A DNA stretch of 63,578 nucleotides, the filler included, from Sanchytrium tribonematis (Eukaryota), in NCBI GenBank assembly GCA_018985235.1. It is 19 parts of 19 records of this genome, joined end to end, with 100 filler letters (N's around TTAATTAATTAA, not from the genome) between each part and the next. Parts side by side here need not be neighbours in the genome. Positions count along the whole stretch, not along the records: positions 1 to 2,401 come from JADGIG010001055.1; positions 2,502 to 4,896 come from JADGIG010001056.1; positions 4,997 to 7,387 come from JADGIG010001057.1; positions 7,488 to 26,767 come from JADGIG010000104.1; 15 more parts are not named here. One strand, given 5' to 3'. The notes below the pieces were generated by a model that saw only the letters and a list, made by a program, of their open reading frames with translations, made no database searches and was not told the origin of the DNA. Both the position numbers and the translations under genes were made by a program. Shown piece after piece: positions 1 to 11,690 of the stretch. Position 1 is the first letter of the stretch, and each line of letters starts with the position of its first letter.

Positions 1-408
1 CGAAAATCCTGTTCCTTGAGGTTGCAAAAATGACTGAAGCTGCTGCGAAGGATTATTTTGAATAGGGTTGGGTGTTGTGTATTTCTGTTGCATAAATATA
101 ACAACATCTTGATTAAATTGATTTGACAATGTTTGACCTTGTTTAACTAATTTAATACATTTCATCAACACAGCAAACTGATTAAAATATATATTGCCGT
201 TAAAAATATCAACTAGTTGCCATAATAAAAACAGCTGATTTTGAGGCAATAAATTTGATAAATGAGGAGATAATTGCATGCCAGTTAAGAAAATTTGACT
301 GATGCTATTTGGATTGTTAAGCATATTTGATGAATTTGATAAATGCTGAAAATGTTTGAGTAAGGGACCTTGCTCATCGGCTGAGGGAATGGGATTAAAA
401 AGGTTCAT
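1..408 (-). CDS. EH-domain endocytic protein (Pan1/Ede1-like), 5' part, runs off window edge
   Basis: Not in the ORF track; translated by hand from ATG 408: ...LTGMQLSPHLSNLLPQNQLFLLWQLVDIFNGNIYFNQFAVLMKCIKLVKQGQTL (EH-domain pattern), then Pan1-like LQPQGTGF. Confidence 0.7.
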   Translation of the reverse strand, partial: MNLFNPIPSADEQGPLLKHFQHLSNSSNMLNNPNSISQIFLTGMQLSPHLSNLLPQNQLFLLWQLVDIFNGNIYFNQFAVLMKCIKLVKQGQTLSNQFNQDVVIFMQQKYTTPNPIQNNPSQQLQSFLQPQGTGFS

Positions 409-593
409 AGAAATTTGTTACAGGGAGTTTTTAAGTTGCATTTATTTCTTGTTCATTTCGCTATAGCTGTTTCTTTCTAGCTAAAAAAAGGCCATTTTCA
501 AGTCACATGTTAAATCTATTTTGGGCTTTTATCAGCTATATCCAAAAAAAAGAAAAAAAGAAAAAAAGAGACGCGTAATGAATTTTTATTTGC

Positions 594-1175
594 TCATCTT
601 TTTGCGTAATTAACTTTGATCTTGTTTCCAAAATATTCTTTGTTATTGGTGTTGCTTTTGGCAACTGTGGCTCTTTGTATATTATCAAAATCAATAAAAG
701 CGACTTTCTTGACTCCAATGTATCTAACTTTGTCAAACCCGGCAAAAGCACTGAAAATAGACTCCAATTGTTCTTTGGTGAGTTCCAAATCTTGCATAAA
801 TAAGTTTTTGTGGGGAGGAATTTTCTCTTCAATCTCCATTTCAAAGGATGTCTTGATGGTGTCGACCTTTTCACCTCTTGTCCATTCAATTCCCAACTTC
901 TCTGAGATTTCTTTGGACTTATTACGTGCAAATTGGATGACCATGGGAATGTTATTCATTGGATAACCTTGCAATGCTCTAATTGCAATTTCTGCATCTA
1001 ATTGGTCTTCATACACAATAAAGGCTTGCTGCTTAAATTTGAGACCACGCCTCTTGTAGATATTGCGAATTTTGCCATATATACTAAATAGCTCCTTCAA
1101 GTCCTCAACATCGAACTTCCCTGGTAAATTTCGTAGATACAGGGTATGATTTGGGACGGTATTACCTGTAATCAT
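594..1175 (-). CDS. U1A/U2B''/SNF-family spliceosomal two-RRM protein
   Basis: PNHTLYLRNL, KQQAFIVY, ALQGYPMNNIPMVIQFA; second RRM PPHKNLF...VAFIDF...IKVNYAK. Start could alternatively be ATG 1271. Confidence 0.85.
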   Translation of the reverse strand: MITGNTVPNHTLYLRNLPGKFDVEDLKELFSIYGKIRNIYKRRGLKFKQQAFIVYEDQLDAEIAIRALQGYPMNNIPMVIQFARNKSKEISEKLGIEWTRGEKVDTIKTSFEMEIEEKIPPHKNLFMQDLELTKEQLESIFSAFAGFDKVRYIGVKKVAFIDFDNIQRATVAKSNTNNKEYFGNKIKVNYAKR

Positions 1176-1758
1176 TATAGGTCCCTTCTTTGTAAATATT
1201 GGAGGACACGGCGGTATTTTAGTTGTATTATTAAAGAGTTCTCTTGGAGGTGGTTTAAGTTGACCGATCATTTGAAAAACTTGAAGGGGAGAAGTAATAA
1301 AATTGTTTAACAAAAAATTTAAACTTTGCGATAACTATTTTATGATTTGTCATTTTAAGCGAATTTATTTAGTATCACATTACTAACTATATCATAGACT
1401 TTTGTGAAAGATTCAATTTCTTGTATACAATTAAACCAAACTGCAAATTCAAATCAATCATATGGGAGAGCTCTTTGAAATCGAGTCTAGTGAAATGCTT
1501 TGAAAATTTTAATATTGATTTAATTTCCAGATTAAGTCTCCAAGTTTATTCCTGTCAATAAAATTTACTCTTCGAACAAATTTCAAGCCCAATGTATCCA
1601 CTTATGCATCGTCAAGACCTTTACACTATGATAACTAGATCACATAAAAAATATGTTTCCAATTTCTGAGCAATGTATTAGTTGTTTGTCTTTCATGTAG
1701 TCTTACTTCCATATTTAGTTGATATAAAACCTCAAACATATTTTTTCTAACAAAGAGT

Positions 1759-2401
1759 ATGACTTGTCAACGTTGCGGCTTGAAAAATCATAAAACAGAA
1801 TCATGTCGGACCAAAAAGAAGTGCAACAAGTGTGGTGAAAAAGGGCATAGTGGAAGGTATTGCAGTAAAAAATCGTCAGAGTTAGAAAGGTTGGACTCTG
1901 CTACAGAGCTTTTAGCATTTGAAGGTGCTCAAAAAGAAGGCCTAGATAATTTGTTTAACAAGATTTTTAAAAACCAAGAAAAAATGTTTAACTCATTGGA
2001 AAAAAAAATTGAACAAAGTCAGAAATCAATTGAAACAAAAATTGCAAAAATGGAACAAAGTCAGGATTCATTACTCGCTCGCACAGGATTTATTGTACAA
2101 TCGATGCTTACAGATAGTTTAACCATTGACGAAGGCAAGAATTATGGAAATGCATTCACTACGTGTATTTTGAATTTGAGTTGCCAGGAAAAATCGCCTT
2201 CTTGTTGGCGAGCACTATGACGAGATGTTCAAGTTGCTGTTTTCAGTTACAATTGCAATGATGAAAAAACACTTGTCTTTCATAACTAACGATAACTCGG
2301 TAATTCCAAACCTAGAAATTTTTCGAAACGATTTGGAAAAATTTGCAAAACTTTGTAAAGATTCTAATTCCCCAGAAGAAAGAAATCAAATTTCTGCATT
2401 T
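1759..2401 (+). pseudogene. Two-CCHC zinc-knuckle plus coiled-coil ORF, frame break near 2165-2220, cut by contig end
   Basis: CQRCGLKNHKTESC and CNKCGEKGHSGRYC; coding appears to continue in another frame (ORF at 2225). Confidence 0.45.
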
Positions 2402-2501
2402 NNNNNNNNNNNNNNNNNNNNNNNNNNNNNNNNNNNNNNNNNNNNTTAATTAATTAANNNNNNNNNNNNNNNNNNNNNNNNNNNNNNNNNNNNNNNNNNN
2501 N
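2402..2501. other. Artificial contig spacer N44-TTAATTAATTAA-N44 (first of 18)
   Basis: Identical 100-nt spacers start at 2402, 4897, 7388, 26768, 29258, 31745, 34224, 36702, 39165, 41624, 44075, 46524, 48971, 51416, 53858, 56296, 58724, 61152; the core puts stops in all six frames. Confidence 0.98.
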
Positions 2502-2796
2502 ATTTGGAAAAAATCACTGAAAAGGATCTAGAATTTTTGATGACTTAAAAACGGAGGAAACTATGAAGGAAGAAATAAATTCAAATCCATATACTTGTGA
2601 GGATATCGAGGCAGTTTACAAAATAATGAGTGAATCCAATGAATTTTACAATTTTTTAGCTGCAACCTTGGAGGCTCCCATTCAAGTTGATTCCGAACCA
2701 GAACATTCAGATATCGATTTTTGGCAAGGAAATGTTGTCGCGACCACTAAGTTGTGCTGGCCGAAAGTTTTTTCCAAGAGAATCGGCTGAGTACAA

Positions 2797-4681
2797 TCAT
2801 TTTATTTTATAAAATCCTTCATGATAAACTACCAATTCCTGCTGCACCATTAATTGCAAAATTTGAGCGACAGAGTGCTTAAAAGTTTTAAAGACTGGGC
2901 TCTTTCTAGCAGAGACTTCTATTTCTGATAGTTGAGCCTTGACTCGAGTTCTAATAATTGATCGCATGATATTCATGGCAATCTTCAGTTGCGGTGTAAT
3001 TTCTATTTCTTGATGTTCTTGCATTATTATGGTATTATCTTTCTCTAAATTGGAGTCAACAAGTTGCAAGGTATTACCAGATAAATGTAAAACGTCGTTT
3101 TTTTGCCAAAATTTGCAGTACTTTTTTATCATCAAGATAGGTATTTTAAGTTTCTCAGAGAGTTGAGAAAATGTTAGAGTAGGCGATTTCTCAAACTCAA
3201 GTATTATCAATCCTTCGATAGGTAAAACTTTAAATTCTTTGACAGTGTCGTCTATATTTAATTCTAGAAAGTAGGACCCACTTGTAATTGACCATACTAA
3301 TATTTTATGTTGATTAGATTGGGAAAACACTTTCTGGGCTGCTAAGTAAGGATTTTGTATTTGCTGAGGTAAATCAAGCTTGGTTGTAAATTCAACATTT
3401 GGCCAAAACCGCTGAGTTAGGATTTTCACATCAAATTGAAAAGGCGAAATGTTTTTAAATGTATGGCTGAATATCTCGGAGTTCTTAATATCTGCAAGCA
3501 TCTGATCTGAAGTTTTAAGGCAAACCTCTCCTAGACTCGACAAAGTCTGCTTCATAATTTCAACATCTTTTTTTATATTTTGAGATGTCAAGAGCTTGGA
3601 AGATAAAGATCGTTGGTACTCTCTCATAAACCCACCTCTGTCTCCAAATAGTTCAATTATATGCATTAAAAGCGTAGAATCGGTTGGGAATATTTTCTGG
3701 TTCATAGTTTTCACTAAAGCATCGTCACTGAATAAAAAATTAACGATGCAAGTGATTAAATTTTCTCTTTTCATAAGATTGGACCGAAAAAGTGCAACTA
3801 ACGGTTTCGGATTTTGATTCAAATTTGAAAAAAGCATATAAGAGGACAAATAAGTCTTGAGCATTTGATTGGTAGATTTGAGAGGTGATATATTGGCCGA
3901 CAAACTAAATTATACTAAAATACTATTTTAAAATTTCTGCTCTAGCTTCTGTTGGGTATGCTTGTAATTGTAAAAATTCTAAATCTCTATTATGGTAGCA
4001 ATCTAAAATCAGTGGTATTGAATGCAATCTATGTTCTAGAAAGCACTGCTCAAATATTCTATGAATCTCAATTTGTCCGTATAAAAAATTATTCAAAATA
4101 AAATTCAGTTTGTTTTCAAGACCTAATGTAATAGTATCTATAGAAATTCCTTTGACCGCTCTAATTCGTAGATCAAATTGTCTATAAATTTTGAATAAAG
4201 ACTTGACCTCGACAGTAGCCCACTCTTTGCAAGAGAATTGCTTTAATGTAGGAGCCAGTTGCCTTTTAGCAGGAGATTCATACGCTAATTGAATCATTGC
4301 AGTAAAATAGCTTTTAAAAAATTCATTAAGGCCATCAAAGGCATGGACCTTATATGTTTCCAGATAATTAATATCTTCCCAAGTCCAATTTGTGACAGAT
4401 TTCTTCACCATTTCGCCTACTTTGTTCCTGTCAACTAGTAAATTAATCACTCTAGAGTATCTATCAAGTATTCCAAATCTTTCATAAACGTGGTATAACG
4501 TATTTAAAAGAAGAGGGTCTAAATTAAAGCTCAATTTTTCGATGTAATCTACAAATTTAATGAATTGTTTTGATTTTTGATAATTAGAAATTTGCTGCTT
4601 GCTTATGATAATTTTGCTCTCTTCAAATAAGGCATGTCTGACGTATTTTCTCATTAATACATCGGATTCGTTTGAAGCCAT
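2797..4681 (-). CDS. APC2: Anaphase-promoting complex subunit 2 (cullin homology), two exons 4681-3924 and 3904-2797
   Basis: Cullin region LFGDRGGFMREYQRSLSSKLL and VKILTQRFWP, C-terminal winged-helix-like end; the two ORFs join in frame (AEILKYLSANISP) after removing a 19-nt intron. Confidence 0.75.
3905..3923 (-). other. 19-nt spliceosomal intron GTATTTTAGTATAATTTAG
   Basis: GT-AG; removal fuses ORFs 3923..4681 and 2797..3903 in frame. Confidence 0.85.
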
Positions 4682-4996
4682 GTTTTTAGTTTCAGAAATT
4701 TTTTACTAATTTTCAATATTTATTGGTATCTCACAAGCTTTACACTGATCTGAGTCGAATCTTCAATATTCATTTCTTCTGATGGATATCGGTAGATGTA
4801 ATATTTGCAAATATCTTTAGAGTTGACTTTGGCTAAATAGTTTTGATCGTTGTATATATTCCAGTCTAACACAGTTGAATATAGGCTCAAATGGTGNNNN
4901 NNNNNNNNNNNNNNNNNNNNNNNNNNNNNNNNNNNNNNNNTTAATTAATTAANNNNNNNNNNNNNNNNNNNNNNNNNNNNNNNNNNNNNNNNNNNN

Positions 4997-5529
4997 CAAA
5001 AGAAGTAATTCAAACAAGATCTTCTACAAAACCACGAGCCACTCAAACCAAATCTCCCATCTTGAAAATTAACAATTTATATCTTGTAACTACGCCGTTA
5101 TTGGAATTATTTATGGATGTTGCCAAACGGAATCCATCTTTCTCACCAATTGAAATTTGGAATCATTTATTTGCTCAATTAATCTCTGTTAGTCCATCAT
5201 ATGGCATGGTGGAATCAGGAAAGAATTTATTGACAGATATGTTGACAAAAATCAAAAAGAAGGGCAATGATTTGGTAAACAACATTAAAAGTTCTGAAAA
5301 TCAATATATTGCATTAACAAGATTAATTAATAATGCAAATCAACCATCTGATAATTTGCCATCTATTCAATATATGACTCATGATTTTCCATTTTTTTAT
5401 GAGTCGTGGTTGGATTTAATTGGAGAGAATTTTAATAAAATCAATCAAGAAATGAGAGAAAATAAGGGTTCAAGAAAAAGAAGACCAGAGACTGAAGCAG
5501 CATCAAGTAAGAAAGCAAGAACAAAGTAA
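4997..5529 (+). CDS. Hypothetical protein, 5'-partial, basic NLS-like C-terminus
   Basis: Frame open from contig start to TAA 5529; ends RKRRPETEAASSKKARTK. Confidence 0.5.
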
Positions 5530-5991
5530 TAAATATGTAATACGACAATGTGCATCTATTTGCAGGACCAATATAAATTTTTTGGTTTCAAATCAATGTA
5601 AAGCACGGGCAATTTTTCAATAAAAAAACAAGATTTTGGTAACATACATGCTAACATTATAAACTACCATCTTTTAATGTACTAATTGAAGATTTTAAAT
5701 GGTTTTTAAATTCAAGTGAATAGTCGTTGAATAGCATCAAAATCCACATTCTTTTGCCACTTGACAATCGTTTTTAAATACAAAATTGGTTAAAAGATTT
5801 GTGATTGCGACCATTTGCACAAAAGGCGTCATATTTCCTATCAAGATGATTTGAAATTTTCATGATAACTGGTATGTATCCAAAATGACCATATGCTGAC
5901 CTGAATTTCTCGAATGCTTGCTGAGCTAAACCCAAGGATAAGTGATTAAAATCGAACGAATGTAATATTTTACATAAAGTGTTTACCCATC

Positions 5992-6017
5992 CAATTCCCC
6001 CCCGGGGGGGACTTGTA
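5992..6017. repeat. C7G7 imperfect palindrome matching motifs that flank the pogo-like element at 36802-38010
   Basis: CAATTCCCCCCCGGGGGGGACTTGTA; compare GGGGGGGACTTGTA at 37957 and ATCCAATTCCCC at 37990. Confidence 0.55.
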
Positions 6018-6235
6018 AATCTCAACCAAATAACCTGTTCAATTCCCCAAGGGAAATTGCCCAATCGAAGTCCCATATTGTCATATTTACACCAGACCAG
6101 GAGGTAATTCTCATTGGTCTGGGACATGCAGTACTGAAAAAAGATTTTGTGATCATTCATTAAGTGCTCATGGAACATGTCCAGAACCAGTTGATACAAA
6201 TCCTGACGGCAATTAAATCAATAAACAAGTTTATT

Positions 6236-7132
6236 TTATTTCTTCCTCATAACAAATGCCTGGTAAAAGGTAGCCACTTCCCATTGCTCATCATCCATCA
6301 CTGGTTCATTTAAACCCATTTTCATGATTCTCATGTATAAATCTTTACAATGTGCATCTTTTAATCCATCAGAATACATTTTATCAAATGTTTTCTTGTA
6401 AATTAATTCTAAATTGAATTCATTGGCTAATGCCATAAATGCATCCCATGGGACAAGGTATTCTGGACATTCTTCAACGGCTTCATTTAATGTAAAATGG
6501 TATTGTCTACCAAAGACGGATTGCCATTGTTTTTCAATTCTGACATTATAATAATAATTGCCAAATACACGACCATTTGGATGTTGAGTGGCATTTTGGA
6601 GTCTATTGATGATGACATCTTCATTTGGGATAGTGGCAATCCAATATCCACCGGATTTGAGGACTTGTGAGATATTATAGAGTGTATTTTTAACACGTGT
6701 TTTGGATTCAAAAGCGTAATGGAAACAGAATTGGGAAGAGATTAAATCGAATGAATTGGGGGACATTAAAGTACGCCAATCATGTGCAAAACAGTCAAAT
6801 GCAGCATATTTGGCATTAAATGGCTGTCTCATTTCTTTGTATCTGCCAATATTATCTTGGATGGATTGATCTGCGATATCGATGCCCATGTAATATTCAA
6901 TGTTGTGATTATAAAATTTACGTAAATCACCACCTTTACCGCATCCTAGATCCAAGACATGGGCATCTTTGACGATAAATTGCATAATTAAACAACTTTT
7001 GATCCAATTATTGAATTTACGCAATTCAAAGATATTACTGAATTTACGTTGTTGGGTGGTTTGTTGTTTGTGTGTATTGTAGTGCTTTGCCACTTTTTTG
7101 GCATTTGAAGTTGGACTCGCTGGTCGTTTCAT
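6236..7132 (-). CDS. ABD1: mRNA cap guanine-N7 methyltransferase
   Basis: VAKHYN, LRKFNNWIKS, VLDLGCGKGGDLRK, FDLISSQFCFHYAFES, PEYLVPW. Confidence 0.95.
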   Translation of the reverse strand: MKRPASPTSNAKKVAKHYNTHKQQTTQQRKFSNIFELRKFNNWIKSCLIMQFIVKDAHVLDLGCGKGGDLRKFYNHNIEYYMGIDIADQSIQDNIGRYKEMRQPFNAKYAAFDCFAHDWRTLMSPNSFDLISSQFCFHYAFESKTRVKNTLYNISQVLKSGGYWIATIPNEDVIINRLQNATQHPNGRVFGNYYYNVRIEKQWQSVFGRQYHFTLNEAVEECPEYLVPWDAFMALANEFNLELIYKKTFDKMYSDGLKDAHCKDLYMRIMKMGLNEPVMDDEQWEVATFYQAFVMRKK

Positions 7133-7487
7133 GGAGTATTTTGGAAATCATAAATATGGCCATGAACTAACATCAAATGGCATTTAAAAGACTGAAACTC
7201 GATAGAGATCTGTAAAATATACTTGTTCTCATGTATGCCAATCAATCGACTCTGATATTCAACTGTGATTGGCGCAGTTTCAATTTCATTCAATCAAAAC
7301 ATCTCTCCACTGAAACAGATTCAAAAACATGAGTTTAACAAATTATGAATTACTCTGTTCTAAAACCACATTACCAGTCTGTCCATCNNNNNNNNNNNNN
7401 NNNNNNNNNNNNNNNNNNNNNNNNNNNNNNNTTAATTAATTAANNNNNNNNNNNNNNNNNNNNNNNNNNNNNNNNNNNNNNNNNNNN

Positions 7488-8061
7488 ATAATTGGAAACC
7501 TTTTTCATAAGTAAGCATCTTTTGTCCCTCAATTTTTGGATTATTTCCAAAAACACGGTATAAAAATGCAAGAATTTTTTGCACTAATTGCTGGTGGTGT
7601 TGCAAAGATTGCTGCGTATTGAATATCATGTTATACAATTCTTGTTGTTGAGTACTTAGTGATTGGATTTGCTGTTGCATTGAAGTCTGATGATATTGAA
7701 TTGTGCCAATTTGAGATGTTGTTGATGATTTAGTTTGATTTCGGCTGATCATAGACATTAAATCAGGTTGATCGCGTTTAAAATATTCATGAGTGAATTC
7801 CCATTCTTCCCCGATAACGTGCTGAACCTTATGAAAGCCATACATATTAAGCTGCCTAATAAAAGATGCAAAGTTATTGTGTTTGAAATATTGGGGAAGT
7901 GTTTGCATCGTAAAATGTTCCCGATCCAGTATTTTAAAGCTTGAACCATCAGGAGACCAGTCAATTGAATTTCCAGGCGTTTCTAGCATTGACAAAAGTT
8001 TCTTTAAAAATGCAGGAACATTATTCGGCATAGTTGTGTTTGATGACTCCGAGTGCTTCAT
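7488..8061 (-). CDS. HSF1: Heat shock transcription factor, 3'-partial
   Basis: VPAFLKKL...LPQYFKHNNFASFIRQLNMYGFHK...WEFTHEYF, followed by coiled coil QQLVQKILAFL. Confidence 0.9.
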
Positions 8062-8155
8062 TGTGATACGAGTTGAAATCAAATAAAATCGAAGGTAAAC
8101 TTTAAGTATTGAAAACTGAAAGCAGAATCTTCTAGCAGATGATCGAATTCGTTGT

Positions 8156-8170
8156 CGAACATTCTGGAAT
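8156..8170. promoter_or_regulatory. Perfect three-unit heat shock element upstream of the HSF gene
   Basis: cGAAc-aTTCt-gGAAt; second imperfect element aGAAt-cTTCt-aGCAg at 8124-8138. Confidence 0.55.
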
Positions 8171-8534
8171 AATGATCTGATTGGATCCCGCATGAACGAG
8201 ATTCGCATTTACACTGTACCAAAATTGCATGGATTTAATGAAGACAACAATGTTTATTTATTGAACCATATTCATTGTAGAATTGGATTTTATTGTCGGT
8301 TATGTATATTATTAGCGTAACTACTCAGCTGGAAATATAGAAAATTGCATCTCACGCAATATTTTTTCATAAGAAGTTCTATTCTCTTTTTGTCATTCAC
8401 TTGCTCTTCACAAATGAACATTTCTCAAAGAATTAACCTTATTTTTCGACAAAAATTATTCTTCGCTCCCAAATGTAGTAACATAGTACTATTTATAATA
8501 AATCAACATTTCTCAGATTGATCACACAAATTTG

Positions 8535-9365
8535 ATGTTTGATTCCGGATCTGTAATTGTAATTATTATGTTATTGCAAATTTTGTCGAGAATACAATTT
8601 TCTTGTGCCATAGAATCCCTTGAAAATAAGATGCCCCTCTTTGGTTGTTTTCCGAAAACATTGACAGTTGCACAATGCCTCAGAAAGGGAGTAGATGCCT
8701 TTGCACTGTGTGATATTAACAAGGACTTAGTTCTAGATGTCAATGACATTAAATATTTTCCTTTAAAGCAACAACGTGTAGGACGATATTCTCACAATAC
8801 ATCACAAAACGTAGAAAGTGGAGACTCATGTAATTATAATTTATGGTTTGGGAATGTGTTTCCCAGTGCTTCCCGAATTAAAATTTATTTACCGGTTACT
8901 TTGTTTGAGAATGGTAATGAATTTACAATTTTTGCAAATAATCAGATTTACCAACAAGGTTGCGTCGCTTTAGATTTCAAGGTGAAGAGCATTCGTTTTC
9001 GCACCTCAGATTGTGAAATACTCGAATCATATAAAGTTAAGAAACAATTGGGAAATATAATTCACGAGATAGAACCGAAATTTAATAATCGACACTTACA
9101 ACAGCAAGTAATATTACACTCTGGAAAAATAGATTTCTCTAATCTTAGATATTCATACATATCTAAAATTGAGGGTAACCATCCAAGAGGTCTATTGGCC
9201 AAGCCTGGTAAAATGGATTGGAAATTCAATCAAATGTCAATATTAAAAAATTCCAAATCATTATCAAACAGATATCTTTTGCGAGGAGCAGAAATTGAAA
9301 GCGAGTATGTAAATACGTTGGATGCAGAGTCTGTCACGAGTGGTTGTGAGGTTCAGATTGAATAA
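8535..9365 (+). CDS. Hypothetical protein, hydrophobic N-terminus, Cys-containing (possibly secreted)
   Basis: Long ORF with no recognised domain; start uncertain (8535 or 8568). Confidence 0.5.
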   Translation: MFDSGSVIVIIMLLQILSRIQFSCAIESLENKMPLFGCFPKTLTVAQCLRKGVDAFALCDINKDLVLDVNDIKYFPLKQQRVGRYSHNTSQNVESGDSCNYNLWFGNVFPSASRIKIYLPVTLFENGNEFTIFANNQIYQQGCVALDFKVKSIRFRTSDCEILESYKVKKQLGNIIHEIEPKFNNRHLQQQVILHSGKIDFSNLRYSYISKIEGNHPRGLLAKPGKMDWKFNQMSILKNSKSLSNRYLLRGAEIESEYVNTLDAESVTSGCEVQIE

Positions 9366-9542
9366 GTGGCAAATTTACTGCAAGATCTCAGAACTAAATA
9401 TTTTCAACAAACTTGGCAGCAAATTGATTGATGAGTGAATCTTTAATAAATAAATGGTTAAATTGTTTGTGAAACTGATTTCCGAGAGGAGAAATTTGCA
9501 CGTGAATTTAACCAGTCTTTGCGCCAAATAATCAACTACAGA

Positions 9543-9887
9543 ATGACAAAGAAGCGAAGAAATAATGGAAGATCCAAGAAAGGTAGAGGACATACTATGC
9601 CTATTAGATGTGACAATTGCTACAGATGTTGTCCGAAAGACAAGGCAATCAAGAGATTTGTTGTAAGATCAATGGTTGAAACAGCTGCTATTAAAGATTT
9701 GAGCGAAGCTAGTGTTTATGAGGAATACGCATTGCCAAAATTATACTTAAAAATGCAATATTGCGTTGCTTGTGCTATCCACGGTAAATTAGTGAGAGTT
9801 AGAAGTGCAACTGGTAGACGTGTTAGAACTCCACCAAAGCGATATCGATATGAAAAGAAAGAGAACAAGCCTACTGAAGCCAAATAA
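9543..9887 (+). CDS. RPS26: 40S ribosomal protein S26 (eS26)
   Basis: [17 protein letters not shown]...[11 protein letters not shown]...YCVACAIH. Confidence 0.98.
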   Translation: MTKKRRNNGRSKKGRGHTMPIRCDNCYRCCPKDKAIKRFVVRSMVETAAIKDLSEASVYEEYALPKLYLKMQYCVACAIHGKLVRVRSATGRRVRTPPKRYRYEKKENKPTEAK

Positions 9888-10019
9888 ATAGTCTTAAAAA
9901 CACCTCTCCCATTTTAAATTACACTCCTTGAAATTTTATCGGTAGCTGTCTCTTCTATAACTTTAGCGTTTATTGCTTATGCCATAGATATATGTAGCGA
10001 ATATTTAAACGACTTAAGG

Positions 10020-11690
10020 ATGGGATATTGCTTAATATGGTATCTTAATAAGAGGCAGTGTGCTTCTGATTTTGTAAGTGGCAATTTTTTTCAATATTTA
10101 TTTTATAGCGTACTGTTCGCAATGGTTGCAGGGATACTCACCAAGTTGGCACCTGAAGCTAGTGGAAGCGGTATAGCAGAAATCAAAGTTATTTTAAGCC
10201 ATGCTAGATTAAAAAATGTGCTAAGCCTTAAAACATTGTTTATCAAAGCTTTTGCTCTTACCTGTTCAGTAGGAAGTGGCTTGATGCTGGGTAAAGAAGG
10301 TCCATTGGTTCATATATCTGTAGCATTACAATCTCTATTTTTAAAAAAGATTGATATTCCCACATTATCTGCAGCAGCTTCGGCTGGTGTAAGTTGTGCA
10401 TTTGGAACGCCCATTGGTGGTGTTTTGTTCTCATTCGAAGAAGTCAGCTATAATTTTGATCCAGAGATAATGTGGAAGTGCACCATATCCGCTCTTATTT
10501 CTTTGGTGACGCTACAATTATTAAATCCTTATGGAACTGGCAAGTCTGTAATATTCAAGGTTGACTATGTTAATAGCTATAATGTTTATGAAATATGTTT
10601 ATATATTTTAATCGGAATATTAGGGGGTTTGTTTGGCAAATATTTTATTAAATTTAATTTGAAATTGGCTCCATTCAGAAAGCCTTTGGTTGATCATGTA
10701 GTCTGGCTTAGTCTATTGACTAGTATTCTGAGTTGGCCAATGGAATTGACCTATATTAACAACTCTGAACTTATTCAACAATTATTCCAACCATGTCACA
10801 AAGAACTAGAACTTTGTCAAGATGATCTTTTGTTTCAAAATATGCTTGCACTTTTTACTTCTGCCGTCATCAAATTCGTTCTTATGGTGGTCACATTCGG
10901 TACATTTTGTCCAGCTGGTATTTTCATACCTTCCATGACAATCGGAGCCATCTGTGGGAGATTAGTAGGACTTATTACAAGTCATTTTTTTGAAGTCAAT
11001 CCTGGTCTTTATGCTTTAATAGGTGCTGCGGCATTTTTGAGCGGTACTACCAGAATGACTCTGTCACTGGTAGTGATTATGTATGAGTTAACCAATACGC
11101 CGTATTTTGCAGTACCAGTTATGATAACCATACTTTGTAGCAAATATATTGCTGGTTCGTATTCTCCGGGTATTTACGACGTACTGATTAAGTATAAAAA
11201 GTATCTTTACCTGCCTATTTTAGAGAATATTGATGACAAATCTTCCCTTATGAAATCCGCGACGGAATCTGTCAGCAAAATTATGCATCCAGTCGAGAAA
11301 ATGACCCGTATTCACGAGAATATGAAAATGAGTGATATTTTGCAGATGGAAGAATCTGATTATTTTGTGGTGCGAGATTCTCTACTTTTAGGATATTTGG
11401 ACAAATCTTCGTTTATTCAACTTATTTCTGAACACAAACACATACGCCAAGCCAGGGTTGTTTGCAAAGGTCAAATCACACAGCATCAACATGGAGTTCC
11501 CTTGATTGGTGCGGAATTAGACATATCTCAGTATTTGCAGCAAGTATTTAGTTTTAATGAAAACACTCCAATATCTGCTTGTTGTCATATATTTCAAAAG
11601 ATGGATTTAGAGATAGCAAGCATATGCAAGAGCGGACAATTAATGGGTCAGATCAATAAGGAAATATTGGTTAATTATTTTCAGAATTGA
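10020..11690 (+). CDS. CLC chloride/proton exchanger (Gef1/ClC-3-like) with CBS region; homology extends upstream to ~9918
   Basis: GSGIAE, GKEGPLVH, FGTPIGGVLFSFEE, PAGIFIPSM, GTTRMTLSLVVIMYELT. Confidence 0.92.
   Translation: MGYCLIWYLNKRQCASDFVSGNFFQYLFYSVLFAMVAGILTKLAPEASGSGIAEIKVILSHARLKNVLSLKTLFIKAFALTCSVGSGLMLGKEGPLVHISVALQSLFLKKIDIPTLSAAASAGVSCAFGTPIGGVLFSFEEVSYNFDPEIMWKCTISALISLVTLQLLNPYGTGKSVIFKVDYVNSYNVYEICLYILIGILGGLFGKYFIKFNLKLAPFRKPLVDHVVWLSLLTSILSWPMELTYINNSELIQQLFQPCHKELELCQDDLLFQNMLALFTSAVIKFVLMVVTFGTFCPAGIFIPSMTIGAICGRLVGLITSHFFEVNPGLYALIGAAAFLSGTTRMTLSLVVIMYELTNTPYFAVPVMITILCSKYIAGSYSPGIYDVLIKYKKYLYLPILENIDDKSSLMKSATESVSKIMHPVEKMTRIHENMKMSDILQMEESDYFVVRDSLLLGYLDKSSFIQLISEHKHIRQARVVCKGQITQHQHGVPLIGAELDISQYLQQVFSFNENTPISACCHIFQKMDLEIASICKSGQLMGQINKEILVNYFQN

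Noticed and set aside
2165..2180. Possible 16-nt intron joining the zinc-knuckle ORF to ORF 2225
   Set aside because: It restores frame, but it differs from the 19-nt class, ends in GAG and has no homology anchor; a decay frameshift is equally likely
5774..6199. 141-aa minus-strand ORF
   Set aside because: No recognisable domain, TTG start, and it runs across the transposon-like C7G7 palindrome
9948..9966. 19-nt GT-AG segment GTCTCTTCTATAACTTTAG upstream of the CLC ATG
   Set aside because: Lacks T12/A14; the frame it would join has a stop at 9929 and no ATG; the unspliced sequence already encodes a CLC-like helix
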